In this document: piece after piece, positions 55,305 through 64,000 of the stretch | How positions within the stretch are numbered: the first letter of the stretch is position 1 | How the letters are laid out: the number at the start of each line of letters is the position of its first letter | NCBI GenBank assembly: GCA_964016885.1 | Contig: OZ024742.1 | Span: forward strand, 324,260,001-324,324,000 | Direction of reading: 5' to 3' | Length of the DNA stretch: 64,000 nt | Origin: Eledone cirrhosa | Lineage: Eukaryota | Program-made: the position numbers and the translations under genes | Notes under the pieces: generated by a model | What the model saw: the letters and a program-made list of their open reading frames with translations, nothing else | Database searches by the model: none | What the model was told of the DNA's origin: nothing

Positions 55305-55853
55305 AATGTACATTTATGAAAAACATTTGAAGGCCTTTCGCTATGAATTTTTAAGCTTATGAATATCGTCAAACACCCAGCCTCAGAAAAAAAACAGGCG
55401 GAAGTAATAGACGCATTTCTCGCTTATTATCGTTTATAGAGACCACATATCTCCCAGTCTTTGCTGAGGTAAATGTTAGCTAGAATCGTATAGAATTCAG
55501 TTAATGTTTATGAGCTCATTTGCATACGGAGCTGTAGCCGGCCAGGCTTAAATTAAAAAAATTGTATTGGTGCTCGGACATAGCGATAGACATATAAATG
55601 TTTGTATTGAATATTGAATAATATACGGCATGTTTATGAAAAAACATTTGAAAGCTTTTTGCTATGAATTTTTAAGGTAAACAAATCCGGGTTATTGTAT
55701 GAGTGTTAGTATAGTAGACTCTTGTATTTTAGTATATGAATTTACTCCTATATATTATAATACACCTTTATGAAAATCTCCATTTACCATATTTATTCGC
55801 ATTTTGTTTGTTGAAAGATGTGTAAGACGAATAAAAATGCCTTAAATTTACAG

Positions 55854-55921
<68 letters not shown>

Positions 55922-56218
55922 TATACATATATGCACACAATCTATAGTAGTTGGTACAATTTTTCTTCATCGTTTGAAACCGCGGTATTGGCGAGAATTT
56001 AATAGTTTGATAGTAATGTAAGTAATAACTTCTGTCTTGATTACTTTCCTGTCTTCTCATATGTACTACAAAAGATAATTATTGCTATTTCCATTATAAT
56101 ACAATATGTGTAGGCTCTGAAATATGATATTTTCGCATCTAATTTTCATTGAGCATTTATGGAACAACTAAATCGCGATGATTTTATTTCCATTCACACA
56201 CACGCACACACACGCACG

Positions 56219-56306
<88 letters not shown>

Positions 56307-57168
56307 AACTTATGAAAATTGACAAAAGGAGAGCAAGACAACGAAAGAAAATAAGCAAACCGAAAAACAATTTTTCTCAGGGGAAACTTTAAAAAATTAT
56401 TTTTTGTAATAATAATACTAACGAAATACACATAACTCCAGTGTCATCAGCTGTTGAGATGGACTTTGGCATTTTCGACCTTTACCAACGGTACTGCTGG
56501 TCCATCCCGAGTCAAATCGCTGTCCTATAGAGTAAGAGACGAGGACAAAACAGCAACTTATAGCAATTAAGCTATAACAAATACACATAGAATTTTCCTG
56601 ACGACAAGGAAAAGGTATTGTGCCTCTGATAGCACAAATCTCTCAGGAGTAAAACAAAGTAAAAAAAGAAAAAAAAGGAGGACAAAAGGCAAGAAAAAGC
56701 AAGATATCACGTTAAAAAATGTGAGCCATTGAAATTAATGGGAGGAGAAGACAAAACACGTTCGTCACAAGTTAGTAATGATAAACATAGGAACATCGAC
56801 AAAAGGAGCACAGCACAACAAAAGAAAACGAAGCAAAACGAAAATCAAATTTTTCTCAGGAGAAACCTTAAAAATACAAACGAAAGTTACAAAACTCCAA
56901 TGTGTGTGTGTGGTATCTGTGGGTGTAGGCGAAAAGTAAACAGACAAACAACAGCAAAGTGATGCAGTACAATGAAGGTATATATTTGTTAACACTTGAT
57001 ATATATATTATATATAATATGTATATGTGTATATTGATAGGCAGATATCACTAAAATGAATGCAAATTTTGCTAGTAATTTTAAAGTATATGCAAACATA
57101 CATAATCACACATGCATCCGAATACATATATAAATACCCACCCACACACACATAATACCTAATCATGT

Positions 57169-57221
<53 letters not shown>

Positions 57222-57222
57222 A

Positions 57223-57285
<63 letters not shown>

Positions 57286-57371
57286 AGAAATACCGATGAT
57301 GGTTGGAAGATCACTGATGAAGGACCATTTTATTCATATGTAACCCATTTGCAACCTCGTAGCACGTTTAT

Positions 57372-57432
<61 letters not shown>

Positions 57433-57440
<8 letters not shown>

Positions 57441-57660
57441 TAACAGATTAAAGTTTAAGCAAAGAATCAGTGCTTTCACCCTTAACGGGCTCTTCTGAAA
57501 AGAGTTTCAGAAGATCCCGTTAAGGGTGAAAGCACTGATTCTTTGCTTAAACTTTAATCTGTTATTTTAATAAATATTTGGTCTACGGTTCTTATATATT
57601 TGATATATATTTATCCTTATCGAGCCCTCTTCGGATTTTAGTCTTCAAATTTATTATTAT

Positions 57661-57665
<5 letters not shown>
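57433..57665. mobile_element. Fold-back PLE-type terminus with a hammerhead-like remnant; inverted copy at 61912-62073
   Basis: Arms 57433-57500 / 57505-57572 plus tail; CAGAAGA-TCCCGTTAAGGGT-GAAA. Confidence 0.7.
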
Positions 57666-57707
<42 letters not shown>

Positions 57708-57844
57708 TAAATCCACCAATTAATGGTAGGGTCCAAGCCGTATGAAGAACTCAATGTAATCCGTATGTAGAATATGTCGTGAAGCAAAGTTTAAAATACA
57801 AAATTTCAACGATATAATTCATTGGAAGCAGAGTCAAAATAATT

Positions 57845-57979
57845 ATTATTTCTGAAGACGACGGGTAGGGAAGACGTATGTATATTTTCTTACTTTGATA
57901 ATTTGTAATATATTTTACATAGATCACTAATAGAATGAACATACGGAGAACTACCCCTCAGAAACGATCGTAAAATAAT
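57845..57979 (+). ncRNA. Type I hammerhead with about 100-nt stem II domain
   Basis: ATTATTT-CTGAAGA-[GGGTAG..CGTATGT....ACATACG..CTACCC]-GAAA-CGATCG-TA-AAATAAT. Confidence 0.78.
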
Positions 57980-58206
57980 GAGTTTTACTATGAATTACCC
58001 GTATTTTGTTTAATTTCATTATTTTCACTATTTGTATTATATATATATATATATATATATTTATTTAGGTTTGAAGGTTCACCACTGGATAGAGCTGGGC
58101 ATTCCGTATGGTCAATCTTGATGTAATAATATGGAGAGTACTCAACGTAAAGCAGCTCAACCGTCTTCGTTTGTGTAGTTGGTGGTGCGAGTACGGAGTT
58201 AAATAT

Positions 58207-58475
58207 TATAATAAAATAACAGGAGGCTGGACTTGTGTAAATCCTTGAAAGGTTTATTATACTATGATCATTTCAATGACCGGGTTCCGTATGAATCCGG
58301 TGATATCATCAGGTATTCGAAATATAATAAATTTTATCTGTTACATTCATTTATTATATTTCGAATACCTGATGATATCACCGGATTCATACGGAACCCG
58401 GTCATTGAAATGATCATAGTATAATAAACCTTTCAAGGATTTACACAAGTCCAGCCTCCTGTTATTTTATTATAT
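58207..58475. mobile_element. Fold-back terminus with hammerheads at 58259-58316 (-) and 58365-58422 (+)
   Basis: ATAC-CTGATGA-[..ACCGG..CCGGT..]-GAAA-TGATCA-TA-GTAT in both arms of about 125 bp. Confidence 0.85.
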
Positions 58476-59189
58476 ATATATATATTTCGTTTCTGAATTT
58501 GTTTAGCAAGATTCTTTATCTGAAATCGTGTGTTGAAACCGATATTGTTATACTTTGGGAGGGTCATGTTGCCAATAAGAAACACACGCACCAGTTGCTT
58601 TCCCTTCAATTTATTATTATAATAAATTTATAATAAATTTATAAATTTATAAATTTCTGGTTGGTTGGTTGGTTCCACAACCAGATAGTTGTTTATATAT
58701 TGTCATAGTTCTTTCGTCACACACTCTGTGACCTCTTCAGTGACTGGGGATTCCTTTCTTTGTTTCTGTGCCTCTCCTTTGTTCTGTCCTACGCCATTTT
58801 GTTTCTGTGTGTGTGTTGTGTGCTCAGTCTGCGCATGCGCCACATCCGGGTGTCTGTGTGTGTTTATGTTCATTTATTTATTTGTTTATTTACATGTTAC
58901 TGGTTGGTTGTTTGTTCTATGTGTGTGTGTGTTTTCATTTTGTCCTTAATTGTAAGTTGTGATGTTGCTGTTCCACTTATATTTTCTATTTAATTTTGGT
59001 TGTAATTCTTTTATGTTTATTGCCTCTGTAATTTGTCTAAACATTGCGTCTTTTCTGTGTGTAGATTCTATTTTTATTTCTATGTTCTCTAATTTACCCT
59101 TGTGTTCTATTTTAGCATGTTGGTAGAGTACAGATGATTCTTTACTATCTTGAAGGTCTCGCCAGTGTTCATTTATCAAACGCACGCAA

Positions 59190-61391
59190 TTGCCGTCGCA
59201 GGTCGATGAACAAACAGAAGCACAATTTAGTATAGCTAGATCCGAACTTAGAAATATTATAGAACAGTATAGCAAGAAGCATAATAGAATGGAGGCCCAG
59301 CAACTGGGAAAAAAATCTGCAAATGGCTTGCGTAAGCTCATGCAGCGCTCGCATAATGGAGAGATAGCATGCTTTCCAACAGACAAGTCTGGCAGAATGT
59401 CGGTTGACAGCCTGCCAAACTACATCCAGGCAATGCAACCCCACATCACTAACACAAGAGAGGTAACACCACAGGAGCATGAGGATAGAGAAAAAGCCCC
59501 CAATGCCCATATGGGGATGTGGACGAATATAATGCAGCCCAACAAAAGGACTGCCAACAACTTCCAGGCCTGGAACAATGACGTGCCGGCGTTGTATGGG
59601 CTTCGAAAAGACCATAAAACGGGCAGTGACCCTGTCGCGGGACCACCAACACGGCCAGTCTGTGGAGCTAACATTGCTAGTAACTACAGACTGTCCTACT
59701 TCCTCTCCCTGATCATACGCCCCATCATCGAAATGTCCCCAGATGTATGTGACAGCACGGAGGACCTCCTCAGCAGAATCGGCGTGAGTAACCGATCTAC
59801 GGACCTAACAAACTGCATAATAGGTAGTATGGATGTTGTGTCCCTGTATCCATCTATTGACGTGGATTTTGCTGTGGAGAAATGCGTAGAAATGATCAGT
59901 GAGAGCAATGTTGAGTTCCATGGGATTGATACCAGTGAGCTGGGACTCCTACTTAAACTTACCTATAGTAATAATTACCTAGACACATATGACCTTAGCA
60001 ACCTGTGCCCTACAAGACCAGCAAGAGGCAGACCACCTACCATTACCTCAATGGCCAAGAAAACCCACACAGATAGATGGAACGGGTGGACCAGAGCCAT
60101 ACGGACACCCGAAAACCACGATGAACTGAAGAAAATGATTGCACATGCGGTAGGGGCCAGCATAAAACTAACCCTTAAGGAACATATGTTCAAATTTAAT
60201 GGAAAAACATATGCCCAAGAGGAAGGAGCAGCCATTGGTGTTAGCATTGCAGGCGACATAGCTAACTTATTCATGGTATGGTGGGACAGTAGACTTAAAC
60301 TTAAGCTTAAAGAACAATTAGAAGACCCCTTAACCCTGATAATGTACTCCCGCTACGTTGATGATATAAACATCGTAGTTAAGACACCCCCACTAGAGAA
60401 CAGTCAGGAACTAGAGAAAAACACAATGGAAAGCATCCAGCAAATAGCTAACTCCATCCACCAGAGCATTAGAGTTAATATAGACTACCCAAGTAAACAC
60501 CCCAACCATCGATTACCTGTACTAGACACAGAGCTCTGGTTAGATACCATTAATAACAAAAAACAAATCCTCCATTCCCATTATGCCAAACCCATGACTT
60601 CCAAACATCTGATCCACCGAAACTCGGCCGTTTCGGACCATACCAAAATCAACATACTGATTGCGGATTTGGTACGGGTGATGAGAAACGTGTCCCGCAT
60701 GTGCAACCCCGAAGAACTAGAGAGACACATACAACACTTCATCCACCGTATGCAGTTCTCTGGCTACAATCAGAGAGATAAAATCAGAGTGTATAGAGGA
60801 GCCAGAACCAAATGGGAAAAAATGGTAAATAATGACATAAATGGGACCTGCCCCTTGTATAGGAGCAAATTTTGGAATAGAATAGAAAGAACTAGGAACA
60901 AGGCTAATAGAATAAACTCATGGTATGATAGCAATAAATACCAGAGTGTAATGTTCATCGATACAACCCCTAGAGGTGAATTAGCTTACAAATTTAGAAG
61001 GGCCCTAAATAAACATAAACTCAATATTAAGATAGTAGAAAGACCAGGTACCTCCGTAAAAACACTTATTAGCAAGACATACCCTTTTCAAAAACCCTCA
61101 TGTATAGATAAGAAATGTATAACCTGTAAAATAAGCCCCCATATTAACTGTAAATCTAGAAATGTAGTGTATAGCATAAGATGTATTGAAGGACAATGTA
61201 GAGACAAAAATATAGTGTACATAGGTGAGACAGCTCGTAGTGTAGGGGAACGGATAAATGAACACTGGCGAGACCTTCAAGATAGTAAAGAATCATCTGT
61301 ACTCTACCAACATGCTAAAATAGAACACAAGGGTAAATTAGAGAACAGAAATAAAAATAGAATCTACACACAGAAAAGACGCAATGTTTAG
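59190..61391 (+). CDS. PLE reverse transcriptase-GIY-YIG endonuclease (733 aa, 5'-truncated, C-terminal frameshift)
   Basis: PTDKSG, LYGLRKDHK, TRPVC, SMDVVSLYPSI, QEEGAAIG, RYVDD, VLDTEL; CIDKKCITC..C linker (Neptune/Nematis-like); NVVYSIRC..YIGETARSVGERINEH. Confidence 0.9.
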   Translation: MPSQVDEQTEAQFSIARSELRNIIEQYSKKHNRMEAQQLGKKSANGLRKLMQRSHNGEIACFPTDKSGRMSVDSLPNYIQAMQPHITNTREVTPQEHEDREKAPNAHMGMWTNIMQPNKRTANNFQAWNNDVPALYGLRKDHKTGSDPVAGPPTRPVCGANIASNYRLSYFLSLIIRPIIEMSPDVCDSTEDLLSRIGVSNRSTDLTNCIIGSMDVVSLYPSIDVDFAVEKCVEMISESNVEFHGIDTSELGLLLKLTYSNNYLDTYDLSNLCPTRPARGRPPTITSMAKKTHTDRWNGWTRAIRTPENHDELKKMIAHAVGASIKLTLKEHMFKFNGKTYAQEEGAAIGVSIAGDIANLFMVWWDSRLKLKLKEQLEDPLTLIMYSRYVDDINIVVKTPPLENSQELEKNTMESIQQIANSIHQSIRVNIDYPSKHPNHRLPVLDTELWLDTINNKKQILHSHYAKPMTSKHLIHRNSAVSDHTKINILIADLVRVMRNVSRMCNPEELERHIQHFIHRMQFSGYNQRDKIRVYRGARTKWEKMVNNDINGTCPLYRSKFWNRIERTRNKANRINSWYDSNKYQSVMFIDTTPRGELAYKFRRALNKHKLNIKIVERPGTSVKTLISKTYPFQKPSCIDKKCITCKISPHINCKSRNVVYSIRCIEGQCRDKNIVYIGETARSVGERINEHWRDLQDSKESSVLYQHAKIEHKGKLENRNKNRIYTQKRRNV

Positions 61392-61683
61392 ACAAATCAC
61401 AGAGGCAATAAACATAAAAGAATTACAACCAAAATTAAATAGAAAATATGAGTGGAACAGCAACATCACAACTTACAATTAAGGACAAAATGAAAACACA
61501 CACACACATAGAACAAACAACCAACCAGTAACATGTAAATAAACAAATAAATAAATGAACATAAACACACACAGACACCCGGATGTGGGGCATGCACAGA
61601 CTGAACACACAACACACACACAGAAACAAAATGGCGTAGGACAGAACAAAGGAGAGGCACAGAAACAAAGAAAGGAATCCCCA

Positions 61684-61724
61684 GTCACTGAAGAGGTCAC
61701 ATAGTGTGACGAAAGAACTATGAC
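61684..61724 (+). ncRNA. Minimal type I hammerhead (mirror copy 58702-58744, -)
   Basis: GTCA-CTGAAGA-GGTCAC-ATAGT-GTGAC-GAAA-GAAC-TA-TGAC. Confidence 0.85.
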
Positions 61725-61876
61725 AATATATAAACAACTATCTGGTTGTGGAACCAACCAACCAACCAGAAATTTATAAATTAATAAATTTATTATAAAT
61801 TTATTATAATAATAAATTGAAGGGAAAGCAATTGGTGCGTGTGTTTCTTATTGGCAACATGACCCTCCCAAAGTAT

Positions 61877-61916
<40 letters not shown>

Positions 61917-62336
61917 ATAATAATAAATTTGAAGACTAAAATCCAAAGAGGGCTCGATAAGGATAAATATATATCAAATATATAAGAACCGTAGAGCAAA
62001 TATTTATTAAAATAACAGATTAAAGTTTAAGCAAAGAATGGCTGCTTTCACCCTTAACGGATCTTCTGAAACTAACAAAGTCAATCTGTAAACGCAGAAG
62101 TGGATATTTCAAAAAACATTGCAACCGGAGGAAGACAGGAAGACGATATGAATGTATATATTCTTATTCACAACTCTCTATTTATATTATTCTTAATATA
62201 TAACGTACATGTATATGCTTGTCTGTACATCTATGCGTGAGTGTGTATGCATAGACGTGTATTTATGTGTTTCATATGAATATGTCTGTCTGTCTCTGTG
62301 TATGTATGTTTATATGTATGCATCTATGAACGTATA

Positions 62337-62400
<64 letters not shown>

Positions 62401-62402
<2 letters not shown>

Positions 62403-62580
62403 ACGAAGGAAATGTGATAAGGAACCAGATGGACCATAACGCACCAAAGTAATCAAGTAGAGTCGGTAATAGGAACAAGTATGACCCCGACGACAGAGCT
62501 CAAGCCTTTTCGACGGCTAATTCTGGACAAGAATTAACCGTCGAAACGGCTTGAGCTCTGCCGTCGGGGTCATACTTGTT

Positions 62581-62585
<5 letters not shown>
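62401..62585. mobile_element. Fold-back 3' terminus of the Naiad-type family
   Basis: Same family and architecture as 8144-8340, opposite orientation. Confidence 0.85.
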
Positions 62586-62629
<44 letters not shown>

Positions 62630-62724
62630 ATATTGGAACGAGTAGGACCCCTTCGTTATATATATATATATGTGTGTGTGTATTGTATGCATGTTGGTAT
62701 GCATGTCCGTATGTATGCAAGCAT

Positions 62725-64000
62725 ATGTTTTCTCTTTCTCTTAATTTCGAGTATATTTTTTTGACCGGCCACCTTCCTGGTGGCAAGGTTGTAAAGGAAA
62801 AGAAATTGTCATCCCTTGAATCGCAAGAATGTTTTGCATATTTTGAAGGTGCCAGCTATCGCAGCCATTTGTAGACTATGAATTAGGGAGCTGCGCTTTT
62901 TGTCCGCAAATCCAAGTTCGGTCATACTTTGGTCCAAGCGGGTTGGTATATAACCCGTAGCACCAATAATGATGGGTATGAAGCTAAAGGTGTATCTTGG
63001 ATACTGGATTTGTAAGCTCCTCATCAATGGTCCGTAGATGTCCTCCTTCTCCTGTATTTTTCTGACAACGTTTACATCAAGTGGGCAGCTGATCTCCACA
63101 ACAGAACACGTTTTCAATGTGTGGTCCCAAACTACAATATCAGGCCGGTTGTGCTTTAATTTGGTGGCAGTTTTTATTTTCAGGTTCCACCAGTATTCCT
63201 TAGTGCCATCTGTCTCAATATATTCTTCCTCGTTTGTTGTTAATTTTGTTTTCCGAAGTGCGTTCCAGATAGTTCTAGCTATCCCATCGTGTCTCATGGG
63301 GAGGTAGTAGCGAGATGACTTTCTTTCGCAGCTGGCAACAATGTGGCTTACATCCTCGATCTTTGTTTTACATAGCCTACATTTATTGTCAGCTGCTGGC
63401 CCTCCTCTTTTGTGCAGCAGATATTTGGTAGGGAGTTCTTGTTCCTGTATTGCATAGAGATATCCCTCAAGGTGTGATGTCATAAACTTGTCGGAACTCC
63501 ATGCCAGGCTTTTTGAGTGGTTTATCCCCTCTATGGTCTGTGTTTTACGCCTCAAGTATCCATGCACAACTTTCTCTGTAAATTGGTCAATTTTCTTTTC
63601 TTGTTTGAACATTGAATAGGATCTTCCGATTTCTCTGGGTGAGAGATTTATATCAGGCTTTATTCCATATCTCTCCTCCAGATCAGTCGCTATTCTAATG
63701 ATATTTCTTTTTTCATGCTCATAAACCTGAGCAAGATGGTCGCCAACCTTTTTCCTCTGTTGAAGGTGTTGCTTCAGTGTTACTATCCGGGTCTCATATG
63801 TTGTTAATATTGATTTTAGACCCCGGCCACCTTCCTTGCGTGAGAAGTATAGCCTATCCACATCACCATTGATGTTAAAGTTCCTGATGTTTAACACTGA
63901 GAAGTTTTCGAGTTCTAACATCCATCTCACTTAGTTCTTGCAATGACCAGTTCAGTAGGCCAAATGTTGGCGTTAGAATTGGCACAGCATAGGTATTGTG
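62725..64000 (-). mobile_element. R4/Dong-like RLE non-LTR element, 3' part (ORF 62809-63930, continues past the window)
   Basis: DVDRLYFSRKEGGRGL..AIQEQ..CRLCKTKIEDVSHIVASC..RHD..RPDIVVWD..EISCP..K..Y. Confidence 0.9.

Larger units (their letters stand above)
58542..61884 (+). mobile_element. Penelope-like element, 5'-truncated with an inverted 3' copy (arms 58542-59177 / 61253-61884)
   Basis: Arms are reverse complements; encloses an RT-GIY-YIG ORF. Confidence 0.92.

Overview
Eukaryotic, AT-rich, microsatellite-dense non-genic DNA, most likely from a coleoid cephalopod (octopus-type SINE families; inference). No host protein-coding exon, rRNA, true tRNA or CRISPR is supportable, and most ORF-track entries are microsatellite artefacts. 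The window is a layered stack of retroelements. Penelope-like elements (PLEs): a near-complete Naiad-type copy with direct pseudo-LTRs at 36.2-40.2 kb, a 5'-truncated Naiad-type copy at 15.8-18.6 kb, a GIY-YIG 3' fragment at 22.7-23.5 kb, and a 733-aa RT+GIY-YIG copy with inverted arms at 58.5-61.9 kb. Also present are Tx1/L1, R4/Dong, CRE, RTE and CR1-group LINE fragments, tRNA-derived SINEs and bipartite RTE-derived short elements. The most striking signal is a dense set of type I hammerhead ribozymes (about 15 motifs in about 9 sequence families, read by eye). Many sit in short ORF-less fold-back (palindromic) PLE termini embedded in (TA)n, and one family has a compensatory U3-A8 core. There is also an apparent partition of microsatellite niches: PLEs in (TA)n, Tx1 in (TATC)n, R4 and RTE-derived elements in (CATA/TATG)n. 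Element boundaries are by-eye estimates.
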